Source of the DNA: a virus | Virus record (IMG/VR): IMGVR_UViG_3300044609_000960 | Coordinates: 32,001 to 96,000 of that record | DNA: 64,000 bases | Direction: 5' to 3' (one strand) | Shown: piece after piece, positions 45,889 through 55,754 of the stretch | Layout of the letters: each line of letters begins with the position of its first letter | Position numbering within the stretch: the stretch's first letter is position 1 | Program-made: the position numbers and the translations under genes | Notes under the pieces: generated by a model | Told to the model about the DNA's origin: nothing | The model's input: the letters and a program-made list of their open reading frames with translations, nothing else | The model's database searches: none

Positions 45889-47856
45889 ATGCCTCTAGTT
45901 TCATCCGGTCAAATTAGCATCGGTGGATCCACTGTCGGCCAATCAATTAACCTAGAATTAGCAAAATCTGCTACTGCTACTTCTTCTCTTAATGACGCAG
46001 ATCTGCGATCACTTGCTGGAATTGGCAGTGGGACTATAAGCCTTAGTAGTTTTTATGGTAAGTCCCTTATATCCGCTGGCATTACCTGGGGACTCTCAAT
46101 TATTAGCGAAGATGATAGCGGAATAGCTTATTCATCTACTGGAGCGGTATATGCTGCATGTTTTTTAAATGGACAGATATATACAAGTACTGATAGAGTT
46201 AATTGGACAAAGAGAGTTAGTCCGGTCGATGTCCGTCCAATACCATCCACTAATATGCCAATTCCAAGATCCATTGCTTCAAATGGAGCTGGAAGGTTTG
46301 TCGTAGTTGGTTCAAGGGGTCTAATACTAACTAGTACTAATCAGGGAGTTACTTGGACTAATTACAGTCTTGCAACAACCAGCGCATTTTTTGAAGTAAA
46401 ATGGTTATCTGATCGATTTATTGCTGTAGGTTCTTCTGGTCTTGCTTACTATAGTACAGATGGTATTACTTGGATACAACTGGGCCTTGGAACTACCCTA
46501 CCATTATATGGTGTTGCCAGAAATGGATCTCTAACTGGGGTCATTGTAGGTGGTAGTGGGGCTATTTTATATAGCCAAAATGCTATTATTTGGACATCAA
46601 CAATCAGTGGAGCGAGTGGTGCTTTTGCTGGTGTAGCAAGAGGAACTAGTTTCTTCTTGGCTATTAATGGTACTGATAGACGTCTGTATAGAAGTACAGA
46701 TGGTATTACTTGGACGGCAAATGCTACGGCAGCTCTTAATCCAATTATAAGAATTGAATTTGCAGCGGGAGTTTTTGTTATTACTAGCAGCAATAACTTT
46801 ATCTATACTACAACTGATGGGATTACTTTAACTCTCAGAACAACCGGTAATAGTCATGTAAATGCCTCACAAATTACATGGGATGGTACCAGATTCATAA
46901 GAAGTGGCATAGGATTTCAATTATTAGAAAGTACCAATGGGACTACCTGGACTAATCCCCGTGGAACGGATAGTAGTAGGATCTGGCAGATACTTGGTAT
47001 TGCTAACAGTCCCACGGTTTGGATAAAAGTACATTATAGTGAGAGAGGACAAGGTGGACTTATACAATCCAGCCCAACTGGCACGGCCCAATGGACAACT
47101 AGAGTCGCCACTACCGCTGGTATAGGATTTTTTGGAGTGACTTATTCTGGGACTACATTTGTAGCTGTTGGGACAGGCGGAGTAGTTAGAAGAAGTACTG
47201 ATGGATTAACATGGACTTCTCCTAATAGTGGAACAACGTCACAATTAAACGCAGTAGCTGCAAGAACAACAAGTAGTATGCTCATGGTAGGACTTAGTGG
47301 TATTGCATTTACTAGCCAAGATTCTGGTTCTACTTGGACATCACAAAGTTCAGGCACTTCAAATACTCTTAGAAGCATAGCCTGGGGAGCTAATACTTAT
47401 GTCGTTGTTGGAGATTCAGGACAGATTAGAACTACCCCAGATGGTTTTACTTGGACATTTAGGAGTAGTGGAACAAGTGTAAGTAATAATTTTACTAGAG
47501 TTAAATTTGTTAATAATGTATTTATTGCGGTAGGAGATTCTGGACTAGTTCGTACTAGTACTGATGGCATAACGTGGGTTACTAGATCCGTTGGTACAAC
47601 TCAACGTATTGAAGACGTAGCTTATGGAAACGGGAGATATTTATTACTAACAAGTAAATCTGTTTCTTCAGATTTCACTGGTTATTTTCCAACAGTAATT
47701 ATATACAGCACCGATCTATCGACTTGGGGATCTACTGAAGCGGTCGGAGTAAGAGTTATAGAAAAAGTTTTACATTGGGATGGAAGTAAATTTATAACCG
47801 GAGGAGATTTTGGTTTAATGAGTCAATCACTACCACCAGCAAATGCCCAAATTTGA
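45889..47856 (+). CDS. receptor-binding adhesin: fibre-tip anchor plus BNR/Asp-box beta-propeller
   Basis: MPLVSSGQIS...SLNDADLRSLAG...ISLSSFYGKS anchor; many S-T-D-G-x-T-W repeats. Confidence 0.7.
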   Translation: MPLVSSGQISIGGSTVGQSINLELAKSATATSSLNDADLRSLAGIGSGTISLSSFYGKSLISAGITWGLSIISEDDSGIAYSSTGAVYAACFLNGQIYTSTDRVNWTKRVSPVDVRPIPSTNMPIPRSIASNGAGRFVVVGSRGLILTSTNQGVTWTNYSLATTSAFFEVKWLSDRFIAVGSSGLAYYSTDGITWIQLGLGTTLPLYGVARNGSLTGVIVGGSGAILYSQNAIIWTSTISGASGAFAGVARGTSFFLAINGTDRRLYRSTDGITWTANATAALNPIIRIEFAAGVFVITSSNNFIYTTTDGITLTLRTTGNSHVNASQITWDGTRFIRSGIGFQLLESTNGTTWTNPRGTDSSRIWQILGIANSPTVWIKVHYSERGQGGLIQSSPTGTAQWTTRVATTAGIGFFGVTYSGTTFVAVGTGGVVRRSTDGLTWTSPNSGTTSQLNAVAARTTSSMLMVGLSGIAFTSQDSGSTWTSQSSGTSNTLRSIAWGANTYVVVGDSGQIRTTPDGFTWTFRSSGTSVSNNFTRVKFVNNVFIAVGDSGLVRTSTDGITWVTRSVGTTQRIEDVAYGNGRYLLLTSKSVSSDFTGYFPTVIIYSTDLSTWGSTEAVGVRVIEKVLHWDGSKFITGGDFGLMSQSLPPANAQI

Positions 47857-47892
47857 TAAAATAGGTTAAATAATATTGTATTAATAAAGAAA

Positions 47893-48165
47893 ATGATAGT
47901 ACATAACATCCACTCAATGAGCTGGGGAAACCTAGAAAAAACCGGTGTTGTTTTAGTGGCCGATACTAATGAAGGAAAGAATCTTACAATAGCAACCCCT
48001 TATTCAGAGGATTCTATTATCTGGGAATGGGTTAAAGAATTTCCTCAAGATCAAATTGCTGATTTTGAGTATAAAGAACCATCTCCAGAGGACACATTGG
48101 CGAAAATCCAACGGTTTTTAGACTCAAACCCAGACGTGGTAAACCTACTAAAAGTAACTCAATAA
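47893..48165 (+). CDS. small tail-associated hypothetical protein
   Basis: 90 aa after the adhesin; GGTTAAAT motif variant upstream. Confidence 0.55.
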   Translation: MIVHNIHSMSWGNLEKTGVVLVADTNEGKNLTIATPYSEDSIIWEWVKEFPQDQIADFEYKEPSPEDTLAKIQRFLDSNPDVVNLLKVTQ

Positions 48166-48195
48166 TAACATTTTTTGCCAAGAATCACATTTTCA

Positions 48196-48203
48196 GTTTA
48201 AAA
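48196..48203 (+). promoter_or_regulatory. putative late promoter GTTTAAAA
   Basis: 30 nt before ATG 48234. Confidence 0.5.
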
Positions 48204-48233
48204 TAGATACGTACAAGCATACAGTAATTACGC

Positions 48234-48458
48234 ATGGATCCTAAAGAACTTAAGGAAAATTTTTCCACTCAACTAGAAAAACTGGACCGTGAAATCGGCC
48301 AACTTCGCCAGGCTCTAGCCCAACGTCAAGAACTTGCAGTTAAACTCCAAGGCGCTATTGAGGCTATGAATCTCCAACTCGGAGAAACTGTACAACAGGG
48401 TGCTGAGCCTGAAGCAGTGACAGAGGCCGTAGCCGAGGTTGCAACTCCTGAGTCTTGA
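48234..48458 (+). CDS. small coiled-coil protein
   Basis: LKENF...KLQGAIEAM heptads. Confidence 0.65.
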   Translation: MDPKELKENFSTQLEKLDREIGQLRQALAQRQELAVKLQGAIEAMNLQLGETVQQGAEPEAVTEAVAEVATPES

Positions 48459-48472
48459 TTGACTAATTAATT

Positions 48473-48516
48473 AAAAAAAAATGGCGGGAAGGAAACTTTT
48501 TCCAACCCGCTTTTTT
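48473..48516. terminator. bidirectional terminator between convergent genes
   Basis: A9...GCGGG...CCCGC-T6. Confidence 0.7.
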
Positions 48517-48775
48517 ATTGCTTAAATACGATTTCAGGGCTGGAGTTCTTAGGATTCCGTCTTCCTTCTGCCAAGAATATTCGCTTAATCTTCATCCCAA
48601 GATCATAATACTCATCAAAAATATCCACTCTTCGCCCTTTGACGATATCAGTTATTTCCTTGCCCCCTTCCTCTTCTGAGTAGGTAATTCCATAGCAGTC
48701 ATTGGTGAGATATCTAGGATCTACTTGGGGGAAGTTAACATCTTCCCCAATGATCTTTATCTTACTTTTTGACAT
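48515..48775 (-). CDS. conserved hypothetical (cyanophage-type) protein
   Basis: DIVKG-x2-VDIFDEYYD...EGRRNPK recalled from T4-like cyanophage hypotheticals. Confidence 0.65.
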   Translation of the reverse strand: MSKSKIKIIGEDVNFPQVDPRYLTNDCYGITYSEEEGGKEITDIVKGRRVDIFDEYYDLGMKIKRIFLAEGRRNPKNSSPEIVFKQ

Positions 48776-49116
48776 CTTTCGGATACCTCCACAACCCTAT
48801 TGATAAATCTCTCAACAAATTTAGGATCGGCAGGTACCAGATCATCTGGCCCATAGTCAGTAAATATACTCAAGTCGAAGATGGATGGAAGGTCAAAACG
48901 AGCGCTACTAGAATCAGGCCAACCACTAGAGATATATGAAAGAAACCCTTCTCTCATCGCCCGCGGTAAAAATCTTCCCCCGATAAGTTGCCAAATCCCT
49001 CCATCATAACAGAAAATATCTCCATTAGCAAGTACAACTACATCCCCAGGTTCCTTAGACTCTGGGAATTGAGCATTACCTCCACGGAGTCTGGTGATGA
49101 TCATTGCATTTCCCAT
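48757..49116 (-). CDS. hypothetical protein
   Basis: 119 aa; TGATG-coupled to the upstream small ORF. Confidence 0.6.
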   Translation of the reverse strand: MGNAMIITRLRGGNAQFPESKEPGDVVVLANGDIFCYDGGIWQLIGGRFLPRAMREGFLSYISSGWPDSSSARFDLPSIFDLSIFTDYGPDDLVPADPKFVERFINRVVEVSERCQKVR

Positions 49117-49292
49117 CAGTATTCGTCAGGTGACTGAGTAGATTCTATCATAGGTGCTTCGGCATCGGCACCAAAGACCTCATCAAGGGCCTTCTCAAGT
49201 TGGGCGATCATGACCTGCGTGAGGTACTTATTCCCAGAAGCCTTGGCATCACTATAAGCATCAATGAGCGTAGCTAATTCTTTCTTTCCCAT
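49116..49292 (-). CDS. small hypothetical protein (58 aa, not in ORF track)
   Basis: Hand translation MGKKELATLIDAYSDAKASGNKYLTQVMIAQLEKALDEVFGADAEAPMIESTQSPDEY. Confidence 0.65.
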   Translation of the reverse strand: MGKKELATLIDAYSDAKASGNKYLTQVMIAQLEKALDEVFGADAEAPMIESTQSPDEY

Positions 49293-49313
49293 GATTGCAA
49301 TTCACTCTGTCTT

Positions 49314-49321
49314 GTTTAAAG
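49314..49321 (+). promoter_or_regulatory. putative late promoter GTTTAAAG
   Basis: 42 nt before ATG 49364; palindrome AAACCTCGAGGTTT at 49342-49355. Confidence 0.6.
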
Positions 49322-49363
49322 TTACTTAGACCTATAAACTAAAACCTCGAGGTTTATTACCTG

Positions 49364-49672
49364 ATGGCTCTCAATATTAAAGATTTTGAGATTTCAAAAA
49401 CGTTTAACAACGTAGTTCTCACAACTGTAACAGGTTCTCCAGATACCGATGGAGTCCCTACTATCTCCATCCCTTCCCTACTCGAGGGATATACTCAACT
49501 CCGCGCCCAAGGCCGACTCCAAGATGGATTTGGCACAGCGATCCCTCTGGTTCTTTCACGTAACCTTATTGAGGTGGAAGCGGATCCTCTTTCTGCGAAC
49601 TCCGTAATCCGTAGGCGCGATATGCACGCTATTCGTGCTCAACAATACATTCATAATCTTATCTGGAGCTGA
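49364..49672 (+). CDS. hypothetical late/virion protein
   Basis: 102 aa behind a late motif. Confidence 0.65.
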   Translation: MALNIKDFEISKTFNNVVLTTVTGSPDTDGVPTISIPSLLEGYTQLRAQGRLQDGFGTAIPLVLSRNLIEVEADPLSANSVIRRRDMHAIRAQQYIHNLIWS

Positions 49673-49681
49673 TCTACCACC

Positions 49682-50086
49682 ATGGCAAACATTCTTCTCC
49701 CCGCAAATATCTCTAGTAATGCTCTCCGTTCTCCGACAAATATCGAGAATGCAGAAGCAAATCGTCTTATCACTGTTCCTGCTTCAACCAACCCACTCAC
49801 CGAGGCTGAACGTAATTTTGCACTTGTGACTTCATTAACAATTGCTAATAAGACTCTCGGCGCTGTTGAAGTAAATGCAAGAGTTGTTAATTCAACAACT
49901 TCAGCTTATATCCTTTATGCTGTTAGTATTCCAGCCGGAACTGCCTTTGAAGTAATCCAAGGCAATAAGTTTATCCTTAAAGAAGGAGATAGTCTCTATG
50001 TCTGGCACAACTCCACCTCGAGTAATGTTATTGATGTAATGGCTTCTTATACGATCCACGTCCCCAATAATCCATATACAGTCTGA
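49682..50086 (+). CDS. small beta-sandwich virion structural protein
   Basis: SLTIANKT...VSIPAGTAFEVIQGNKFILKEGDSL, a family common in aquatic phage tail regions. Confidence 0.6.
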   Translation: MANILLPANISSNALRSPTNIENAEANRLITVPASTNPLTEAERNFALVTSLTIANKTLGAVEVNARVVNSTTSAYILYAVSIPAGTAFEVIQGNKFILKEGDSLYVWHNSTSSNVIDVMASYTIHVPNNPYTV

Positions 50087-50289
50087 TGCATAACGATCCT
50101 CTTAGTTCGGTGTATAAAATCGAGGGGATCTATGCTGATCCCTATGACGTAGTAAAAGCAATTAAGTCTACTCCGCAAGAACGCAAGCAAGAACTTATTG
50201 ATGCAATCAAATCTGGACATCTTGATGCCAATCCAAATGTCCTAAAAGAAATTAAAAAATTTGAGCATGAAAGAGATTTGTCTTCCTAG
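50086..50289 (+). CDS. hypothetical protein
   Basis: 67 aa; TGATG-coupled. Confidence 0.55.
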   Translation: MHNDPLSSVYKIEGIYADPYDVVKAIKSTPQERKQELIDAIKSGHLDANPNVLKEIKKFEHERDLSS

Positions 50290-50294
50290 AAAAA

Positions 50295-50322
50295 GTTTAA
50301 AGTAACTAAGACTAGCTCTTAG
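50295..50322 (+). promoter_or_regulatory. late promoter GTTTAAAG followed by hairpin CTAAGA-ctagc-TCTTAG
   Basis: Motif 22 nt before ATG 50325; hairpin ends 2 nt before the ATG. Confidence 0.6.
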
Positions 50323-50324
50323 AC

Positions 50325-52658
50325 ATGAGATACATACCTGATACAGGAAAGCAATTTGTCCTTCAGGTCCCCGAGGATAAAAATTCTTACATTAATGTAA
50401 AAAATTATGATGCTAGGGGACTCTCCACGGTATTTACTGGGAGTATTTTTTCTGGACTTGAAGACCAACTATCGATTGGATCTATTTCCGATGGTGAAGG
50501 AAAGACCCTTCAGCAATATCTAGACGTCCTTTCCGTCGGAATTGAACTCCAAGCGCATATTTACAGAGGTGTAGGATCTGGAGGAGGTGATCTTCCCATC
50601 ATCTCTGTGTCAAATGTAAACCTACAAGGGGTAAATTTTTCTAGTTCGAATGTTACATCGAATCTTATTCAACCCCTTAAGTACTATATCTTTGGCTACG
50701 ATACCTCCACGGGTAAAATGCCAAATGCTGTGCAAATTGTAGGCGCAGAAGGTCAATATTCTAAGGTCCTTGATCCTAATAATTGGAATCAAGATCAATA
50801 TGTAGATATTAATTTTACAAAAACAGGTCAATACGTAGTTCCTATTATCTACAGAGTTTGGGGAACTAGAGTTGAATTCCTAGGGATGATAGGCAATGCC
50901 AAGATCGGCTTCCCTGGGGCATCAGTTCTCACCTTTAGAGATTATGGCCTCAAAGAAATCCCAAGTTGGAATAATGATCCTGACTATTGGACACCTGATT
51001 TTCTTGATAGTGTAATCTCCATTCTTGGAGGTGTTCCAACACAACTCAAGAAAATTGTTGGTAGAGAGCATCTTAAGATCATGCCACGCATCGAAGGTTC
51101 TCAACCAAACTATATTCAATGTAAGGCTGTTCCTGATGGTTCTTTGATTAATCCCGAGGATTATCAATTTGGCGATGAGGTAAAATTTGTTATTGATGAC
51201 ACTCAGCCTATCCGCAATGCTATTAACTTAGCTGCTCAAGGTAATATCAAAGAGATCTTTTTCCCTGCTGGAACTTATCACTTTAGAAATTCCTCTTTCA
51301 TCAATACTGCTTCCACAGATTATAGCAATATTTCATTTAGAGGAATTGGAGAAGGATCTATAATAAAAAGATTGAGATCTAGTATTTCTGGATCAATTAA
51401 CCCTGGCCTTATTAACTTTTCTGGACAAGGTAGTTCGGCAAGTGTAGAAGGAATTAGGTTTAGATCTTTGGTTTTTGATGGAAACCGTTCATCAACTGCG
51501 TCACTAATCGGACCTATAGCAGGATCTATCGACCCTTCGAGATATATTGCTGAGACCCTCATATTTTTAAAATACGCAAATAATATCTCAGTAACAGAAT
51601 GTAGATTTATTGACGCCGGAGGAGCTGGAGTTCATACGGAGTTTTGTTCTGCTATCCTGCTCACTAATAGCATATTTAGTCGTCTTGGTAGATCATATGA
51701 GCCAGAGGTTCGTCCTATCGAGGTATATGAGACATCAAATTCTATTGTCCAAGGAAATATTTTTGAGTTCTGTACTTCTGGCCCATATTTCTTTAGCGTA
51801 GACTTTTCCACAATTAATAACAACATCATCCGTTCTTGCGGAGACCAAGGAGTAGTTCTTGAAACTTCGTATCAATGGAACGCAGCCAATAACCTAGCTT
51901 ATTCAGACACAGACTCCTTAATCCGTTCTGTAGATCAATATAATAATGAATACTCTAAGGCTCCGATTGAGATCCGTAGAGGCACTGCTCTTGAACCAAT
52001 TTACTTCACCGTAACAAATGGTGGTGAAACTATTGGAATTAAGAAAGACACTATTATTGCCGATATCTACGGGTTAGACGCTCTAGGTAGAAAGAATGCT
52101 TCAAATAAAATTGGATCATTTAAAGTTATTCAGACTGCCGACCAACTCGAAGCTGGAATCTTTTCAGTTACTCTACCTGGATTACAATCTGCCACAATCG
52201 ATGGCAATACAGTTCCTTCTACATCAAGTTTCTCTCTTCTAGACCCGGGTAGTAATCAATTTGGGTATATGTATGAGATCTCAGGTACTGTACGTCTAGG
52301 ATCTTCTGGCAGAGGGTATGTCCCAGTAAATATCCGAAATGCAAATATCGGTGGTACAAACTACCTTGCAATTCAACTCAGAAATTCTTCTGAACTACTC
52401 TCATTCTTAATTTTTGATGCGGATAGTGCGGAGAATGACTACATCATCATTGAAGGATTCTCAAATACCGATCTTGATGGATGGGATCAAAATTCTGCTT
52501 ATAGAGTTGTTGGTGTAGACATCAATAGTAATTCTCTCCTCATCGATCCAATCCCCAGCTTATCGCCAGGGACCACCGGAGTAGATTTCCTTGGAGGTCA
52601 ACTCTATATCCAACGTTCTAATTACCAAATTGCCGACGGCAACATTATCGTAAACTGA
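50325..52658 (+). CDS. right-handed beta-helix (pectate-lyase-like) tailspike/depolymerase
   Basis: DDTQPIRNAIN...IFFPAGTY followed by parallel beta-helix repeats. Confidence 0.7.
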   Translation: MRYIPDTGKQFVLQVPEDKNSYINVKNYDARGLSTVFTGSIFSGLEDQLSIGSISDGEGKTLQQYLDVLSVGIELQAHIYRGVGSGGGDLPIISVSNVNLQGVNFSSSNVTSNLIQPLKYYIFGYDTSTGKMPNAVQIVGAEGQYSKVLDPNNWNQDQYVDINFTKTGQYVVPIIYRVWGTRVEFLGMIGNAKIGFPGASVLTFRDYGLKEIPSWNNDPDYWTPDFLDSVISILGGVPTQLKKIVGREHLKIMPRIEGSQPNYIQCKAVPDGSLINPEDYQFGDEVKFVIDDTQPIRNAINLAAQGNIKEIFFPAGTYHFRNSSFINTASTDYSNISFRGIGEGSIIKRLRSSISGSINPGLINFSGQGSSASVEGIRFRSLVFDGNRSSTASLIGPIAGSIDPSRYIAETLIFLKYANNISVTECRFIDAGGAGVHTEFCSAILLTNSIFSRLGRSYEPEVRPIEVYETSNSIVQGNIFEFCTSGPYFFSVDFSTINNNIIRSCGDQGVVLETSYQWNAANNLAYSDTDSLIRSVDQYNNEYSKAPIEIRRGTALEPIYFTVTNGGETIGIKKDTIIADIYGLDALGRKNASNKIGSFKVIQTADQLEAGIFSVTLPGLQSATIDGNTVPSTSSFSLLDPGSNQFGYMYEISGTVRLGSSGRGYVPVNIRNANIGGTNYLAIQLRNSSELLSFLIFDADSAENDYIIIEGFSNTDLDGWDQNSAYRVVGVDINSNSLLIDPIPSLSPGTTGVDFLGGQLYIQRSNYQIADGNIIVN

Positions 52659-52678
52659 TTCACTAATTCCTCTTTACC

Positions 52679-55600
52679 ATGGCAAACAAAAAGACTATTA
52701 TCGGAAAAACAGCTCCGGTGCCTCTTGGCCAACAAAAAGCTGTTAACTCTCTCCCTGTTGTTTTTGCTGAGGACCAGCCACCGATCCCTGTAGAAGAGCA
52801 GAATAAAATTCAATCAGAAGTTGCCCTAAGCCTTCTTGGTATTCCTAGAGCTGAAGTTGCTCTTGGTATTTTTGCTGACGTAAACACTTATGATATCAAC
52901 CCATCAGAGTGGTCTCAATTCCCTATTGAAAATGAGATTGATGGAGATGGAAATACAGTAACAGGTTTAAATCACCTAGCAAAGGAAGCCGGTGCTGAGC
53001 TAGTCGCTGAGACCGGACGTACCACCGTCTTAACCTCTAAACGTTTCTTCCGTTACCAACCTGGTCGTGTGTCTTCTTCCACCATGGGTGTGAAGATGAA
53101 TAAGACCGCCTCGACATACGATTCATCAACCCCCAACCGGGATATTATGAAAGGAGCCCCCTCTATCAAAAAGTGGGGAATCTTTGATAAATTCGATGGA
53201 TACTACTTCGAGATTGTTAATGGTGGGGATAAAAATGACTTCCGTTGTGTAAGACGTACACAAGCCCTTGTATATACTCAACCAGCCGGTGTGGAAACTA
53301 CCGGTGATGGATGGAATAAAATTGCCACTGCTGCTACTGGAACAAGTAATATTAAAGCTGGTAACTGGGGTGTTGTTGGAGAAGATCCAGTAATTTTTAG
53401 AAATGGCCTGGCGTATGTTGCTGCCGCTGTCTATGACCCCAGCCTCTGCTATAGCCCGGATGATGTTCTTGCTGTTGAGAACGGCGCCGATCTTAACGAT
53501 TATGAATTTGAAGAGGGATACGCTGTAAGACTTGCTTATAGAAACGCTGCAAACAACTTTGTTGAGCATCTCGCAGGTCGCCAATTCCAATTCCCATTTG
53601 ACCAGAAGGACATTGATAAAGCTAGCGCTGACTATCTTAACTGGAAGCAGAATGATCTTTTCCTTAAGCCAGCTTCTGAATACATCCGTCTTGACGCCCA
53701 CTGCAAATGGCAGGATATTGTCACTAATTTAAGTCGTGGTGGTGGGGCCACATTTAGCCCAGAAATCGGCATCTCTGGTGATTCGATCCTTGCTAATACT
53801 ACCGATGCTAGATTCGGGTTTGATACTGATCCTTCTGAGACTAATAGCGGGGTAAAGATTTGGAATTTACTTGTTAGCACCCAAGGTGCCACTCAAGTTA
53901 CTCAAACTCAATTTAGAAATAGATTTGGTGTAGATTCTCATCGTTCTTCGGCTAAAGAATACGATCCTGCATCTGAAATTTCTGATGCTGGTAAGAAAAA
54001 TATCACTCTTAAGGAATGGTTCCATCTTTGTGTACCTAAGCAATATCGTCTGGTATATGAATGGAGACCAGTTAGAGCTATGTTCTCTGGCGACCATCTT
54101 AATGGACAAAATAATGCCGTCCGTTGGAGCGATGTATCAACAGCCAACGTAGATCCTACAGATATCTCTGTTAAGCGCCCTGGGGATCCAGTCATCCTTG
54201 ATGGAGCAGTGCTTACTGACCAATCTGTATATGATATTGACTTCACTAAGGTAACCATGTGGAAGATTGAATTCTCATGGTATGGTGCTGTTGGTGCTTT
54301 ATTCCTCTGTTATGTCCCAGTTGCTAACGGTGAGGCTAGATGGGTAAGAGTCCATCACATGAGGGCATCTAACCAACTTGATGTTGCATCACTTGGTAAT
54401 GCTACTCTGCCAATCACCTACATGACGCATGGAGGTAAGGCAAATAATTTACAAGAAGGTAACAGACTAGTTAAATACGGTGCTTCATATTACATCGATG
54501 GTGGAGATAAAGGTACTGTAAGACTTCTATCCAAGGCCTCTGATTATCCTAAGAGTTCAAAATATGGTGCATTAAATGCAACTGTTGCTACGGTACCGGT
54601 ATCCAACTCTTTTGAGATTACATTTAACCAGGCTCTTCGCGATCAACTGATTGGCTCATATCTAAAAACAGATACTACCACGAAGGTTATCTGGGTTGAG
54701 AACAGCGTTACCGCCGGTCGTGTAGTTCTCTACTTTAATAGAAATGTCTCTGGATTCTTGGCGTTAAATAATACCATAGAGTTAATTGTTCCACGTAGAC
54801 AGAGAGCTATGATGGCTTTAAGGGCTAAGGATAATGTCATTAACACATCTGGCGTCGGAGTAAGAAACCGTATCCAACTCTATCCAATAAAATATAGCCT
54901 TGGATTAACTGATTTCTCTGGAGAAGATAATATTGTATCTATTAACTTTATTAAAAATCCACTGTTAATTACAAATAACCTAAATAATACTGGATTAGCT
55001 GCTACGGTCGACACCCCCATTTATACTAATTCTTCCGAGGCAAGTAAAGGATTCGAACTTGGTTCAGGAACCGTACCCAAGAAGATTTTATCAGGTACAA
55101 ATATTTCTTCTGGAAACTATTCCACACTAATAGGAACCCTTAACGCCGATGGGAAGTACTTCTATGCCTATATGCGTTCTAAGCCCACCAATGACGTTGG
55201 AAGCGGATTCCCAACCACGCCGGGCACGGATGAAGGAGAGATGCTTGTAAGGTTCTTTAATAAAGGCGGAGTTATTTACATTCAAAACTATGAGGCCCAG
55301 GCCACTGACATCAGTGTATTTGGCAACCTCATGTTTGTGAAGATGTATACCTTTGATACTGAGGGTAATATTACGGCCTTAACAGGAACAATTGGCTCCT
55401 CGGCATCTAACGGAAATCATAATAAGTACGAGAATCAGAAGAAATGGGATGCTTCTGAAATAGGAACATGGGAGTCTATTGCTTCCCTTTCCGGCGCGAA
55501 GATTTCCCAAGACTTCCGTCTTGCCCCAGTTGCGAATACAGGTAACAATATCTTCTCAATCTACGCTAATAAGGGTGGGGCTCAGTACGATCTGACAGAT

Positions 55601-55753
55601 TACTTCTCATATAATAAGGAATATATCTCTTTCCCACTTACAAATGAAGTAGATATTTTAGGAGTCTATGCTTTCTGGGAATCAACTTCCTCCGCCACGC
55701 CACCAACGACTTCCGTTGATATCGTCAATTCATTAACTTGGGAGGAGCAGTGA
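52679..55753 (+). CDS. large virion structural protein (FRYQPGR family, paralog 1)
   Basis: SKRFFRYQPGR, VTMWKIEFSWYGAVGA, KYGASYYIDG; ends WEEQ. Confidence 0.7.
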   Translation: MANKKTIIGKTAPVPLGQQKAVNSLPVVFAEDQPPIPVEEQNKIQSEVALSLLGIPRAEVALGIFADVNTYDINPSEWSQFPIENEIDGDGNTVTGLNHLAKEAGAELVAETGRTTVLTSKRFFRYQPGRVSSSTMGVKMNKTASTYDSSTPNRDIMKGAPSIKKWGIFDKFDGYYFEIVNGGDKNDFRCVRRTQALVYTQPAGVETTGDGWNKIATAATGTSNIKAGNWGVVGEDPVIFRNGLAYVAAAVYDPSLCYSPDDVLAVENGADLNDYEFEEGYAVRLAYRNAANNFVEHLAGRQFQFPFDQKDIDKASADYLNWKQNDLFLKPASEYIRLDAHCKWQDIVTNLSRGGGATFSPEIGISGDSILANTTDARFGFDTDPSETNSGVKIWNLLVSTQGATQVTQTQFRNRFGVDSHRSSAKEYDPASEISDAGKKNITLKEWFHLCVPKQYRLVYEWRPVRAMFSGDHLNGQNNAVRWSDVSTANVDPTDISVKRPGDPVILDGAVLTDQSVYDIDFTKVTMWKIEFSWYGAVGALFLCYVPVANGEARWVRVHHMRASNQLDVASLGNATLPITYMTHGGKANNLQEGNRLVKYGASYYIDGGDKGTVRLLSKASDYPKSSKYGALNATVATVPVSNSFEITFNQALRDQLIGSYLKTDTTTKVIWVENSVTAGRVVLYFNRNVSGFLALNNTIELIVPRRQRAMMALRAKDNVINTSGVGVRNRIQLYPIKYSLGLTDFSGEDNIVSINFIKNPLLITNNLNNTGLAATVDTPIYTNSSEASKGFELGSGTVPKKILSGTNISSGNYSTLIGTLNADGKYFYAYMRSKPTNDVGSGFPTTPGTDEGEMLVRFFNKGGVIYIQNYEAQATDISVFGNLMFVKMYTFDTEGNITALTGTIGSSASNGNHNKYENQKKWDASEIGTWESIASLSGAKISQDFRLAPVANTGNNIFSIYANKGGAQYDLTDYFSYNKEYISFPLTNEVDILGVYAFWESTSSATPPTTSVDIVNSLTWEEQ

Positions 55754-55754
55754 T

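Noticed and set aside
45889-47856. Ycf48-like photosystem II assembly factor as an auxiliary gene
   Set aside because: The S-x-D-G-x-T-W propeller repeats are generic; the fibre-tip anchor and position after the fibre indicate an adhesin.
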